This document shows positions 1-14,049 of a stretch of 64,000 nt of DNA, one piece after another. The translations under genes were made by a program, and so were the position numbers. Within the stretch, counting starts at the first letter, position 1. Every line of letters starts with the position of its first letter. Origin of the DNA: Mobula hypostoma (Eukaryota); the NCBI RefSeq assembly GCF_963921235.1, contig NC_086107.1, positions 101,620,001 through 101,684,000 of the forward strand, in the 5' to 3' direction. The notes under the pieces are model-generated. The model searched no databases. It was not told the origin of the DNA and saw only the letters and a program-made list of their open reading frames with translations.

Positions 1-114
1 TAATTTGTTTTTCTCTCTTGACGACTTCTGATGAAGGGTTCTGGTCATGAATTGCTAACTGGTTTTCTTTTCAGATGATGTATTACTTGCTGTATGTTTC
101 CTGCATTTTTAATT

Positions 115-428
115 TTATTACGTTACAATTTATTTATTTATATAGAGATACGGCATGGAGTAGGCCCTTCCAGCCATTTGAGCCACACTGCCCCAGCAAC
201 TCCTGATTCAACTCTAGCCTAAACGTGGGACAATTTACAATGACCAATTAACCTACCAACCAGTACATCTTTGGACTGTGGGAGGAAACTGAAGTGCCTG
301 GAGAAATCCCATGCATTCCACAGGAAGGACATACAGATTCTTTACAGATGACGTAGGAATTGAACTCTGAACTCAAACACTCCAGTTATAATGGCATTGC
401 GCTGACTGCTACACTACCGTGGTGCCCC
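115..428 (-). mobile_element. tRNA-derived V-SINE (HE1-like)
   Basis: Minus-strand tRNA-like head, V-domain-like core (ggtttcctcccacagtccaaaga-type) and CR1-like tail; sister copy at about 32165-32450. Confidence 0.7.
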
Positions 429-649
429 AATCACATCTGTAGATGAATCATATCTACTGTGCTGTGATCAGAAAAAGATCATGAAGAATCACGTAGTATC
501 CAATAGACACATCTCGCCAAGTAGGTTAGGCAAAAGACTATTACTAATCAGTTTGTTACTTGTAGATATCAGTAAAAAGAAGCTAACCATATTATATGCT
601 GCAAAATTGATCTCACTTAGTCCCTCAACACTACCCCTGTAGTCAAGAA

Positions 650-1302
650 ACCACAGTAGCATCTTCACTTCCTGAGGAGATTGAGGCGAATAAGGCTCCC
701 CCAACCCACCCCCATTCTAGCCACTATTTTAACAGGAGCACCATTAAGAGTGTCTTAACCAGCCGCATCACCGTCTGGTATGGGAATTGCAAGGAATATG
801 ACAGCCAGACCCTACAAAGGGTTGCAAAGACTGCTGAGAGGATCATTGGGGTCTCTCTTCCATCCATCAGAGATATTTATCAGGAGTGCTGCATATGCAG
901 AACCCTTAGCACTGTCAAAGATCACTCTCATCTGTTCCACAATCTCTTTGAACCACTACCATCATGCAGTAGATACCATAATACTAGGACAAGAACACTT
1001 ACGATGGGAAACAACCTCTTTCCCCAGACCATGAGACCACTGATCTCCCTGCCACCACCCAGGGTTCATCACACATGAAGCGCCAGTAGCGTTCTGATGT
1101 TTACTTTTTGACGTGTCATAAATGTACCTTGTGCTAAATGTTAATCTTGTGGAATATGCTCTATTATTTATTAATTTATTTGAGGCAATATTCATTTATG
1201 TGTTGTATGTGAGTTATATGTCTCGTGCTGTGCCCATTGGTCTGGAGGAATGTTGTTTTGTTTGGCAGTATACTTTACATGGATACGGTTAAACTTGAAC
1301 TT
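650..1302 (+). mobile_element. Rex1/Babar-type LINE 3' fragment
   Basis: Decayed HFLRRL...RSTI.SVLTS.ITVWYGNC C-terminal motif and an aaacttgaactt tail. Confidence 0.7.
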
Positions 1303-1434
1303 TGTGCATTAAGGAAAACAGTACTTGGATGAATAATTCCTGAAAGGCTATGTAAATAAGATTATTTCTGACATAGGAAGACATTATTATTTTTCATTGT
1401 TAACTCATTCAATTAAATTAAGCTTAATTTGCCA

Positions 1435-1690
1435 TACAAGACCGTAAGACATAGAAACAGATTTAGTCGATTTGGCGCAATGAGTCTGCTCCACCATTTG
1501 ATCGTAGCTCATTTATTTTTCCTTTGAACCCCATTTTCCTGTCTTTTCTCTGTAACCTTTGATGCCCTTACTAATCAAGACCCGATCAACCTCCACTTTA
1601 AATATATCTAGTGATTTGGCCTCCACAGCCATCTGTGGCAATGAACTCCACAGATTCATCTGCTAAAGAAATTCCTCCTCATCTCTATAT
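1435..1690 (-). mobile_element. CR1 LINE 3' fragment
   Basis: Reverse complement of the CR1 3' end seen at 37380-37657. Confidence 0.65.
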
Positions 1691-1784
1691 AAGCCTTAGG
1701 AATTATTACTGAAAATATTAGGGGCAAAATACATGGATAACAAAATTTAGATACGTAACACACATTTTAGGTGGTTCAATAGTT

Positions 1785-2598
1785 CAACAGTTCCATTTAA
1801 TATCAGAGAATGTAAACAACTTACAACCTGAAATTCTGGTTCTTCACTGTCATCCATGAAAACAGAAGACTGCCCCAAAGAATAAGTGACAGTAAAAGCA
1901 TTAGAACCCAACACCCCCTTCCCATGCACCAGCAAAGCAACGATCCTCCCCCCTCCTGCTTACTTCAGCAAAAAAAGCTTTAGCACAGTCCACCCACCAA
2001 GAAAGCAATAGCAAAGCCCCCAAGAAAGACCATGATCTGCAGTACAAGAAAAACTAATTGTTTACCTGACAATTCACCATAACACAGGCTCGCTCTCTCC
2101 CCCCCCCCAACCAAATAAAGGGACAGAGAGGCATCACCCTTTCACAGTGAGAGGGAAGACCAACAAAGACACACAACTCGCTGATTTTAGTGTTAAAGTC
2201 TGCCACGTCACTTCTTCCAAGTTCTCCAACTCGAAAATTGGCAACAAACTCCCTCACCAATGAGAGAAAGAGAGAGACAGTGTGTGATTTGCCAAATACA
2301 AGGCCTCCAATAGCTGATCCACTGTTTGTGATGTTCCGATTTCTCTTGAGACAGTTAGCAGCACTGGCATAGACCCAACTCGTCCCCTGGCCCATGAAGC
2401 CTCAGAACCCCTAAGGCACACTCACTTTCTAGGACATGGACTTGGGATATCAAAAAACGGCCGCAAAGAACCGAAGTTTGAGTGTAGCTCTAGGTCAGGG
2501 TCTTCAACAGAACCCCATCTTCCTTGGAAAGGAAAAAGACATTAAAGGTAGAAATTAAGCTGTTTCAGCAGATGAACTTGAAGAAGTCGCTGTCAAGA
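1785..2598. repeat. Unclassified interspersed repeat
   Basis: Part of it recurs in inverted orientation at about 44545-44805 (gaccatgatctgcagt vs actgcagatcatgatc; matching agtgacag/ctgtcatt region). Confidence 0.5.
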
Positions 2599-2599
2599 A

Positions 2600-5500
2600 G
2601 CAGGTGCTAGAGAGAACCCCAGTGGCTTTCTCCCTTAACAATAAGTACTCCTGTTTGAGTACTGTTGGGGGAAGATGGCCTACCTGGCGGAAGCCACAGT
2701 GGTCGTGCCTCTGACACAGAGTCTGGCCCTGTGGCTCAGAAGGGTAGGGAAAGGAAGAGGATGGCAGCAGTGATAGGGGGTCAGACAGGCGATTCTGTGG
2801 ACACAGGAAAGAAACGCAGATGGTAGTTTGCCTCCCAGATGCCAGGGTCTGGGACATTTCTGATCACATCCACGACATCTTGAAGTGGGAAGGAGAACAG
2901 CCAGAGGTCATGGTACATATTGGTACCAACAACATAGGCAGGAAAAGGGAGGAGGTCCTGAAAGCAGACTACAGGGAGTTCGGAAGGAAGTTGAGAAGCA
3001 GGACCTCAAAGGTAGTAACCTTGGGATTACTGCCTGTGCCACGTGACAGTCAGTATAGGAATAGAATGAGGTGGAGGATAAATACGTTGCTGAGGGATTG
3101 GAGCGGGGGCAGGGATTCAGATTTCTGGATCATTGGTACCTCTTCTGGGGCAGGTGTGACCTCTACAAAAAGAATAGGTTGCACTTGAATCTGAGGGGGA
3201 CCATAATATCCTGGCAGAGAGGTTTGCAAAGGCTATCAAGGAGAGTTTAAACTAGAATTGCTGGGGGTGGGAACCGAACTGAAGTGACAGAGGAAAGGGA
3301 GGTTGGCTCACAAATGGAGAAAGCTTGGAGACAATGCGAAAGGGAGGATAGGCAGGTGATAGAGAAGGGATGCACTCAGACTGATGCTTTGAGATGTGTA
3401 TATTTTAATGCAAGGAGTATTATGAATAAAGCAGATGAGTTTAGAGCATGGATCAGCACTTGGAGCTATGATGTTGTGGCCATTACAGAGACTTGGATGA
3501 TGCAGGGGCAGGAATGGCTATTTCAAGTGCCAGGCTTTAGATGTTTCAGAAAGGACAGGGAGGGAGGCAAAAGAAGTGGGGGCATGGTACTGTTGATCAG
3601 AGATAGTGTCACAGCTGCAGAAAAGGAGCAAGTCATGGAGGGATTGTCTATGGAGTCTCTGTGGGTGGAAGTTAGGAATAGGAAGGGGTTAGTAACTCTA
3701 CTGGGTGTTTTTTTATAGACCACCCAATAGTAACAGCGACATCGAGGAGCAGAGAGGGAGACAGATTCTGCAAAGGAGTAATAATAACAAGGTTGTTGTG
3801 GTGGGAGATTTTAATTTCCCAAATATTGATTGGCATCTCCCTAGAGTGAGGGGTTTAGAAGGGGTGGAATTTGTTAGGTGTGTTCAAAAAGATTTCTTGA
3901 CACAGTATGTAGATAAGCTTACAAGAGGAGAGGCTGTACTTGAATAGTGATCACAATTCTATCTCCTTTACCATAACATTGGAGAGGGATAGGAACAGAC
4001 AAGTTAGCGAAACGCTTAATTGGAGTAAGGGGAAATATGAAGCTATCAGGCAGGAACTTGGAAGCATAAATTGGAAACAGATGTTCTCAGGAAATGTACA
4101 GAAGAAACGTGGCAAATGTTCAGGGGATATTTACATGGGGTTCTGCGTAGATACGTACCAATGAGACAGGGAAAGGATGGTAGGGTACAGGAACCGTGGT
4201 GTACAAAGGCTATTGTAAATCTAGTCAAGAAGAAAAGAAGAGCTTACGAAAGGTTCAAAAAACTAGGTAATGATAGTGATCTAGAAGATTATAAGGCTAG
4301 CAGGAAGAAGCTTAAAAATGAAATTAGGAGAGCCACGAAGGGGCCTTGAGAAGGCCTTGGTGGACAGGATTAAGGAAAACCCCAACATTCTACAAGTATG
4401 TGAGGAGCAAGAGGATAAGACATGAGAATAGAACCAATCAAGTGTGACTGTGGAAAAGTATGTATGGAATTGGAGGAGATGGCAGAGGTAGTTAATGAAT
4501 ACTTTGATTCAGTATTCACTATGAAAAAAGATCTTGGCAATTGTAGGGCTGACTTGCAGTGGACTGAAAAGCTTAAGCATGTAGATATTAAGGAAGAGGA
4601 TGTGCTGGAGCTTTTGGAAAGCATCAAGTTGGATAAGTCACCGGGACCAGACAGGATGTACCCAGGCTACTGTGGGGAGTGAGGGAGGAGATTGCTGAGC
4701 CTCTGGCAATGATCTTTGCATCATCAATGAGGATGGGAGAGGTTCCAGAGGATTGGAGGTTTGCGGATGTTGTTCCATTATTCAAAAAAGGGAGTTGGGA
4801 TAGCCCAGGAAATTATAGACCAGTGAGTCTTACTTCAGTGGTTGGTAAGTTGATGGAGAAGATCCTGAGAGGTAGGATTTATGAATATTTGGAGAGGCAT
4901 AGTCAATATTAGGACTAGTCAGCATGGCTTTGTCAAAGGCCAGTTGTGCCATATGAGACAGACTGAATTTTTTGAGGATGTGACTAAACACATTGATGAA
5001 GGTAGAGCCGTAGATGTAGGGTATATGGATTTTAGGAAGGTATTTGATAAGGTACCCCATGCAAGGCTTATTGAGAAAGTACGGAGGCATGGGATCCAAG
5101 GGGACATTGCTTTGTGGATCCAGAACTGGCTTGCCCACAGAAGGCAAAGAGTGGTTGTAGATGGGTCATGTTCTGTATGGAGGTTGGTGACCTGTGGTGT
5201 GCCTCAGGGATCTGTTCTGGGACCTCTACTCCTCTTGATTTTTATAAATGACCTGGATGAGGAAGTGGAGGGATGGGTTAGTAAATTTGCTGATGACATA
5301 AAGGTTGGGGGTGTTGTGGATAGTGTGGAGGGCTGTCAGAGGTTACAGTGGGATATTGATAGGATGCAAAACTGGGCTTAGAAGTGGCAGACAGAGTTCA
5401 ACCCAGATAAGTGTCAGGTGGTTCATTTTGGTAGGTCAAATATGATGGCAGAATACAGCATTAATAGCAAGACTCCTGGCAGTGCAGAGGATCAGAGGGA

Positions 5501-6199
5501 TCTTGGGGTCCGAGTCCATAGGACACTCAAAGCTGCTATGCAGGTTGACTCTGTGGTTAAGAAGGCAACACGGTGCATCTGCCTTCATCAACCATGGGTT
5601 TGAGTTTAAGAGCTGAAAGGTAATGTTGCAGCTATATAGGACCCTGGTCAGACCCCACTTGGAGTACTGTGCTCAATTCTGGTCGCCTCACTACAGGAAG
5701 GATGTGGAAACCATAGAAAGGGTGCAGAGGAGGTTTACAAGGATGTTGCCTGGATTGGGGAGCATGCCTTATGAGAATAGGTCAAGTGAACTCGGCCTTT
5801 TCTCCTTGGAGCGACGGAGGACGAGAGGTGACCTGATATAGGTGTACAAGATAATGAGAGGCATTGATCGTGTGGATAGTCAGAAGCTCTTTCTCAGGGC
5901 TGAAATGGCTAGCATGAAAGGGCATAGTTTTAAGGTGCTTTGAAGTAGGTACAGAGGAGATGTCAGGGGTGAGATTTTTATGCAGAGTGGTGAGTGCATG
6001 GAATGGGCTGCCGGCAGCGGTAGTGGAGGCGGAAACAACAGGGTCTTTTAAGAGGCTCCTGGATGGATACATGGAGCTTAGAAAAATAGAGGGCTATGGG
6101 TAAGCCTAGGTAGTTCTAAGGTAAGGACATGTTTGGCACAGCTTTGTGGGCTGAAGGGCCTGTATTGTGCTGTGGGTTTTCTATGCTTCTATGTTTCTA
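2600..6199 (+). mobile_element. Large CR1 LINE, defective: ORF1 SGNH/esterase end plus ORF2 APE endonuclease and RT
   Basis: ORF1 VCLPDARV..VHIGTNNI; APE YFNARSI, ITETW, GDFNFPNIDW; RT PGNYRPVSLTS, QHGF, GVPQGSVLGP, FADD; short-repeat tail ttctatg. Several frameshifts and stops, and an internal deletion near 3944. Confidence 0.93.
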
Positions 6200-7104
6200 A
6201 GTGCTATCCAATATGGTTTTTATCTAATATGCAATGCATGAACAGTGTTTACACAAACTACACTTGCTATCATTCTGAAAATTTACCTCATCATAGCAAA
6301 CATGCTCTGTAAATAAGCAGAGCAGGCAGATCATCATGCCAATCAATATCCAATCTTCTCAGCATTTCTTCTCTTCCTCCGTCAGTCCCTTGGAATTGAG
6401 GATGACTTCTACTTTGGTTTTGTAAAAGCTCAGTGAGAACCACAGATGAGATAGGTGGTGGCTAAGAGAGGTGACACTGGATGTTAATCTCATTCCACTA
6501 CACTTCTCCAAATGGTATTTGTCTTCTCAGGAGCCTAGTGTTGAGCATGCAAATATTATGTTTAGCCCAACACAACTGACTGAGGATTATGAGGACTTCA
6601 GTCCAAGCAGACAATACGTTTAGTTTCAGTGATGCCTCCTGTGAGTAACTCATGAATCAGAGGCCTCTAGGAGAACAAAGACCACTGCTGCCTGTTAGAT
6701 CATGAGCTTTGTGCCAGGTTTAAGATCAATGTTAAGGCAGGAATTTAACTAAATGAACTTCAGTAAGCAACAGTTTTTGACTGTTTACACTATCTTAATA
6801 AATTTATCCCAAGCTTCAATCACAATTGTAACCCTAGAACAGTTCTGATCTGACAGGTTCTGATACTTTTCAGTACAAGCAATGCAGTGTAACCACAGGA
6901 ATAAAGATAGACGGGCATGAATGATAACATCTTGTCAAATGGAAGAGGTTCAAGTTCAAGCACCTTCCTGGGATAATACTTCAGCAATCTCTGATGATGG
7001 ACAGATTGTAAAAGCTCTGCAATACATTGCAAACCTTTTCAATATTTGTGAGCAGAGCCACAAGGTCAACTATCTTAATTTGCCCAGAATTGTAAGCTTC
7101 CACC

Positions 7105-7336
7105 AGGGGTAAGATTTTTTTACGCAGAGAGTGGTGAGTGCGTGGAATGGGCTGCTGGCGATGGTGGTGGAGGCGAACACAATAGGGTCTTTTAAGATAC
7201 TCCTGGATAGGTACATGGAGCTTAGAAAAATAGAGGGCTATGGGTAACCCTAAGTAATTTCTAAGGTAAGGACATGTTTGGCACAGCTTTGTGGGCCGAA
7301 GGGCCTGTATTGTGCTGTAAGGTTTCTATGTTTCTA
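7105..7336 (+). mobile_element. CR1 3' end fragment, same subfamily as 2600-6199
   Basis: Near-identical to 5964-6199. Confidence 0.85.
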
Positions 7337-8397
7337 ACTGACATTGTGTGGTTTTTGCTTGTGCTTCAATGGAAGTTGATGCACAAGTCTTCAAGTGCTG
7401 CATAATGTAGATGTCTACAAATATGCTAATCAGCTATCCACAATTTTCACATTAGGAAGGGATGAGCTTCAAGCTCTGTGCAAACTATCTTGAATTAGAA
7501 CATATAACAGCACAGTACAGGTTCTGCAGCCCATGATGTTGTGTTGATCTTTTAATTTACTCTAAAATCAATCTAAGCCTTTCCTCCTACATAATCCTGC
7601 ATTGTTCTATCATTCATGTGCCATCTAAGTTAGTGGTGGATTACTCTATGCTCCTGACAGTCTATGCAAACTTTCTGGCAGGCCTGTCGATGGATCTTGA
7701 ATGAACATCTGATTGGATACCACATCACAGTTCTTCACTGAGCTATCTACAATGGCATTCATGAGCAATTTTTGTTGCTAACATCTATCTGAGCTATCTC
7801 TTTCTATTGCTCTATGTATCCACCATATGCAATTCTTGCCTCTAAACTAACATGTAAATTAGATGAAGTAGAATTAACGGAATTGGTTCACCTTCACTTT
7901 CTTCTCATTATTTAGTCACTGACCAAGCTATAGTTTTGATAACTTAAAGTAAAAAGGCAAAATAATTAAGTTTAGATAAGGGGAAGAAGAAAGTTTAAGC
8001 AGAGCTGCATGCTTACACCAGCATAAATTAGAAGAAATTACATCTGCCTCTGTTACCTCCTCTGGCAGCTTATTCCAAATATTTACTACCCTCTAAGTGT
8101 AAAGCTTACCCCTCAGATTAAGAACTGCAAATATCATCATTTTGGTAGCTTTAGACCTACTGTTAGGTAAAGACTCAGTAATTTGAATTATGATGGCACC
8201 GTCATTTATATTAGGAATTGGCATCTTGCATGTATGTAATTCATGCATTTTTACATACAACTTGTAATGAATTATTTAAATAAACAAGAATGCTTAATCA
8301 AAAATATATTTACAATATTACTCTAAATACACAATGCTCCTCCTTGCTTAGCTATAAACTCCAACTCAAAATAAATGCATCTCAACTATATACTATA

Positions 8398-8917
8398 TCA
8401 TCATCATGGCTTGGCTTTGCAAATAAAGATTTAGGAAGTGGGCTGCCCACATCTGCTGCAGGCTCGCTGGTGGCTGACGAGGCTAATACAGGACAGGCAG
8501 GTCTGGCCACAGCGGCTGCAAGGGAAATTCTGTTCTGGATTTGGTGCTGCTGTGTCACGGTTCTTCCTCCTTCTCCTTTTGTCCTCAATGCCAGCCCTGC
8601 ATGCGTTCTCGAAGGAGGAGACAGGCTGATGAATGGTGTGTCGCCAGGCCTTGCGATCGGAGGCTAGATTAGACCACTGGCGATGGTCAATGTGACAGGC
8701 ACCAAGGGATTTCTTCAGAGAGTCCTTGTACCTCTTCTTCCATGCCCCTCTGTCATGGTGACCAGTGGAGAGTTCACCATACAGCACAATCTTGGGCAGG
8801 CGATGATCCTCCATCCTGGAGACATGCCCTGCCCAGCGCAGCTGCATCTTCAACAGCATGGCCTCGATGCTGGTGACCTCCACCTGTTGGCGGACTTCAA
8901 TGTTGGTGACAAATAAT
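8398..8917 (-). mobile_element. RTE (BovB-like) LINE 3' fragment nested in Gypsy
   Basis: QLRWAGHVSRMEDHRLPKIVLYGEL...C..C zinc finger, (TGA)n tail; candidate TSD tactata at 8391-8397 and 8918-8924. Confidence 0.88.
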
Positions 8918-9710
8918 TACTATACAAATGTCCACTGCATAAGAAATTTTAAATTGTGCCATTCAGGCCTAAAGATTTAATTGCTTGGAGGCTTTGTTAC
9001 AATGTGGAATTACATCTTTCCTGACAAGAAGGATAACTCTACCTGGCAAGTGAGACTTGTGGCTGTGAAACAATCTCAGGTTCTGGGGGCTTCCTCCATG
9101 GTGGTTGTAAGAGTTGACTCTGGGACTGCATGAAGTCATACTTTCAGCTCTGGCACCCTTTGTTCTCCAACAATTGACTCTGTTCTCCTCAAATGATCGA
9201 TGTGTTGTCTTCAGATGATTATCAGGTGCAGTCTCCACTATGTAGGAGAGTGATCCAGTTCTGTCATTAATCTTCCCGAGTCCCCACTTTTGATCACCTC
9301 TGTAGTCCCTTACCAGGACTGCTTGTCCGGGAGTGAAACACTGAACCTCCTTGTTTGAGGTGCCTTCAATTTGTCTCAGCTGTTTGTCCTGCATGCTCCT
9401 TCTGAGCTTGAAAAAAGGCTATGGGACGTTCAATTCCATCACTCATAACATGTAACATGACTGCTTCAATACCGTAAGATGAGGCCTCAAAGGCAAGTTT
9501 CACTGGATGATGTGGATTATAATGTGTGAGTAGTGTCTGACATCACCATTTCTTTTACCTTTCTGAAAGCCACATCACACTGCTTTATCCGTTGCCATTT
9601 CTTCCCAACTTGTAATAATGAGTTCAAGGGGTGTAGCACAGCAGCCAGCTTTGGCAGGAACCTGTCCTAGTAATTGAAAAATTCTAAAAAGGACCGCTAC
9701 TGTGACACAT

Positions 9711-10586
9711 ATAACAATATCACAAAAAATAAGAGACACCTTAAGAATCAAAGTTGGCGGTGAAAACATCAATAATTTCAGATATGCTGATGACATTGTG
9801 TTAATTGCAAGTACACAGGAAGAACTACAAAACTTAATTGATATAATTGTTGAAGAAAGTGCAAAAATGGGTCTATCTATCAATTGCAAAAAGACAGAAT
9901 GTATGGTGATATCCAAAAAAAAAGGAGAATCCTATCTGCAAGCTGAGAATAAGCAGGGAAGACATAAAACAAGTACAGAACTTTTGCTACTTAGGAAACT
10001 GGGTGACATCAGATGGCAGGTGCGACATGGACATCAAAAGAATAGGGATGGCAGAAGACACCTTTACGAGAATGAAGAGTATACTGACCAATACTAAACT
10101 AGGCATGACAACCCACCTCAGAGTACTGAAATGTTACGTTTATCCAGTTGTTATATGGCTCAGAATGTTGGACAATATCTAGTAACATGAGGAAACGGAT
10201 TGTAGCAGCAGAGATGTGGTTTTTGAGGAGGATGCAAAGAATATCATGGACGAAATGAATATCTAACAATCTTCATTAGATCTAATGAATATCTGTCATG
10301 AACAAAGCAAACACAAAAAGAGAAATAATGTATGAGATCATGAAAAGGCAACATAACTTCATTGGACGCGATTAGGAAAGAGGAGTTAGAATACACGGTA
10401 ATTATGGGAAAAATTGAAGGGAAGAAAGCAAGAGGAGGACAAAGACAAATGATGATGGAGACAGCAGCCAGAGAACTGGAAATGAATACCAATGAATTGA
10501 TCCACTTGACCCGAAACAGGAGTGTGTGGGCCATAGAAGTCAAAGCTCAAACTGGGCATGGCACCTGATGATGATGATGATGATGG
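9711..10586 (+). mobile_element. RTE-clade LINE, 5'-truncated, nested in Gypsy RT
   Basis: NNFRYADDIVLIA, GLSINCKKTECM, GKIEGKKARG; (TGA)n tail; 11-bp TSD ctgtgacacat at 9700-9710 and 10587-10597. Confidence 0.92.
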
Positions 10587-10720
10587 CTGTGACACATCCT
10601 TTGGCCTTGGGGCACCACCACTGCTTGAATTTTCTCAGCAGACTTAATGTGCATCAACAATGTGATCACAATAGGTGATCGTTGGTTTAAAGAATTTACT
10701 TGTTGCGTCATGCTCTGAGC

Positions 10721-13700
10721 TGTCAAAGGCTGTATTGAAGTTAGCTTGATGTGTGCGCTGTGCAAGGCAGCAGAACGTTATAGTAGCTCCTTGTGTTTGT
10801 TTGTCTTAATGTTATTTATCACGTTTCTTTCATTTGTTTTTGAACTGGCTAACAACACTGCAAAATAACAATGGACATTAATCTGTTTAACAACATTTTC
10901 ATCATCCTTCTGGCTCTCGGGATACTTTATTCCGAGTGCTGTGACTACAGTAGCAAGGGCAATATTGTATATATTATATATACAAGGGAGCAGCCAGGAA
11001 ACAGACCTTGTTTGCTCAGCAGAATCTCAATGCAGCATTATGAGTTTCACCAAGACGTGGCTACACAAGCAAATCCTAGATTCCAACGCTACTGTGAATG
11101 GGTTTTCAATGCTCTGAGCAGACAGAGTTAATCTACTGTGTGGTAAGAGGAAGGGAGGTGGGCTTGCTGTGCTTATGAACAACAGATGGTGTAACCCCAG
11201 TCACGTTTCTGTGAAAGAATGAATCTGCAGTCTGGACAATGAACTGCTTGCTGTGAGTTTGAGTCCATATCATCTACCATTCAAGTTCAGCTACTCCATA
11301 TTTCTCATTCTTTATATTCCGCCTTCCTGACGCAGTCCCAATGTTGTGTGTGACATCATACACAATACCATCGGGAGACTCCAGACTCAGCAACCCAATG
11401 CTTTCACTGCTATATCGGGATACTTTGACCATGTTTCTCTCTCGACAACCCTACCACCTTCAATCGGTTTGTCAAGTGAAAATGAAACAATGGACCTTTT
11501 GTATGCAAATGTTAAAGATGCATACAACTCCACAGCTCTCCCCCCACTTCGAAGATCAGATCACAACCTGGTTCACCTCATGCCCTTGTATAAGCCCTAA
11601 ATTACAGCAACAGCTAGTTACCACCAAGACAGTAAAAAGCTGGTCTCCAAAGGCCATCGAAGCCTAAAAGGGCTGCTTAAAGGTTACTGACTGCAATGTG
11701 CTTTGTGAATCATATGGGGAAGACATTAATGGACTTACTGATTGCATCACTAGGTACATCAACTTCTGTGTGGGCATGCAATACCATCAAGGACTGTTTG
11801 CTATTTCCCTAACAACAAACCATGGGTCACCAGTGACCTGAAGGCTCTTCTCAACCACAAAAAAGAGAGCCTTTAGATCAGGAGACAGGGAAGAATTGAC
11901 ACATGTGCAGAGGGAGATAAAGGAGAAGATCAAGGTGGTTAAAGAAGAATACGAGAGAGCTGGAGAACAAGCTTAGGCAGAGTAGCACACAGGAGGTGTG
12001 GAGAGGCATGAAGAACATTACTGGCCTCAATCAGCCTAGCTGTAAAGCCTTGGAATGCAGCTGTGAATGGGCTAATGAGTTAAATCAATTTTTCAATAGG
12101 TTTGACAATTGCCCTCCTGTTCACAGCCTTCTCAGCATACCAGTCCAGGTGCTGAGGCACCCAATGCTCCCTCAGCACCAACACCTCTCCTCCTCCCATT
12201 CACCAAGAGGATGAACAACATAGGCTACCACTATCTACACTACTCCTTCCCCTGCTCCTACCATCCACACCTCCACATACCAACTGCTATTGTCCTAATC
12301 TTCACCTCCCCCAGCCCCCACCTTCCACCAACTCCCCAGTCATCATGGACTCACCTTTACTACTAAGCAGGTGAGAAAGGCTCTGGGGAAACTCAGACAC
12401 AGAAAAGCATTGGGACCAGATGGTGTGAACCTCAAAGTCCTGAAGGAATGTGCTGAGAAGCTGTGTGGAGTTCTCCAGCACATTTTCAGTCTAAGTCTCA
12501 GCCTGGAAAGGGTCTCAACTGTGTGGAAAATATCAACCCTCACTGCTGGGGCAAAACCTCCGTACAATGCAGGCTGGCACTTCCATTGTATCCTGGATAA
12601 TGGACTACAGGTATCTGACCAGTAGACCACAGTTTGTTGGCTTCAGTGCTGTGTGACAGATATGACAATAAGCAACACTGGGGCCCACAGGAGACTGTAT
12701 TGGTTCCCTTTCTGTTTATCCTGTTGGACTTTAGATACAAAACTGAGTCATGTCATCTGCAGAAGTTTTCTGATGCCTCAGCAAAAGTTGGGTGTATAAG
12801 GGGAGGACAGGATTAATACAGGGCACTGGTGGAGGACTTTGTCAAATGGTGCAAGCTGAATTATCTGCAGCTCAACCCAGTAAGTCAAAGGAGATGATGA
12901 TGGACTTTAGGAAGACCAAGCTTGCACTACTCCCTCTTACTACTGATTGTGAGGACGTGGATATGGTAAGATCAGACCCGAGGACCTGAAGGATGTTGCT
13001 GCTGACCGTACCACGTGGCGACAGCTGTGTAGGGACGGGGTTCGTATTCTGGAGATGGAAAGAGCAACCAGAAGATATCAGAAGAGAGCCAGGAGAAATG
13101 CAGCCATGGTTGCCACCACTACCACATATACATGTCCCATCTGCAATAGAGCTTGTGGGTCCCAGGATAGGACTGTATAGTCATCAAAGATCTCACCATT
13201 AAAGGAGTGGACATCGTCATCGGATTTCGATGGACAACCGAAGAGAGACGGATGTGGTAAGGACCTACGAGTACCTGGGGGTGCACCTGGACGACCTTGA
13301 GTGGAGCACCAACATAAACGCCGTACAAGAAGGGCCAGAGTCACCTCTACTTCCTGAGGAGACTGAGGTCCTTTGAAGTATGCAAGCCTCTCCTTCACAT
13401 GTTCTACCAGTCTGTTGTTGCTAGTACAATTTTCTATGCAGTGGTGTGCTGGAGTAATGGCATCAACATAGGTGATACCAACAGGCTTAATAAATTGATT
13501 AGAAAGGCTGGCTCTGTTATATGAGTTAAACTGGACATACGGAAAGCTGTGGTAGAACAAACGACTGGAAAAAATATTTCTCACTGTCTGCATGCCACCT
13601 TGGCCGAACAGAGGAGAACTTTCAGTGATAGACTATGACAACTGTGCTGCTACAAAGAGCACTATATAAGGTCATTCTAACCCTTAGCCATTAGGCTCTA

Positions 13701-14049
13701 AAATGAGTCAAGCTATAGCCAGGGGAGTGATGACCTCTTCATGTTAGACTGTTTTTAACCTCCGTTTAAGCTCTGTTTAGCTCTTTTTACTACACTGTGC
13801 TATCACCAACACCCTGTGCAATGCTACCATCACTTCTTATCTGGACAGTGTGAATGTGCATCTATTGTTGTATAATATTACGGTAATTCTTGCACTACCA
13901 GCTTATCAGTGTGAACTTGGAAATCTTGAACATCTTATTTTTAAGGTAACTTTTTTTATTCTTACTTCTCTTCTAATATTTGTATATTCGTGCACTTGTA
14001 ATATTACTGTGACACTGTAATTTCCTTTGCGATCAATAAGGTATCTACT
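10721..14049 (+). mobile_element. Near full-length decayed Rex1/Babar LINE nested in Gypsy
   Basis: APE remnants (RSDHNLVHL, NNKPW), RT-region KALGPDGV..LKECAEKL, QKFSD, LYFLRRL; 3' end atcaataaggtatct. Gypsy RT sequence resumes on both sides. Confidence 0.85.
12971..13249 (+). mobile_element. Short RTE-type 3' fragment nested in the Rex element
   Basis: DRTTWRQL...CPICNRACGSQIGLYSHQRSH zinc finger; 12-bp TSD with one mismatch, ggat(a/g)tggtaag, at 12959-12970 and 13250-13261. Confidence 0.8.

Noticed and set aside
330..428. tRNA gene
   Set aside because: Only the decayed tRNA-derived head of a SINE; no full cloverleaf is evident.
6285..6375. Possible next MEI1 exon ending GAG|gtaaat (..LLCLFTEHVCYDE)
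   Set aside because: In-frame stop just upstream, no good acceptor, and only trivial resemblance to the expected MEI1 peptide.
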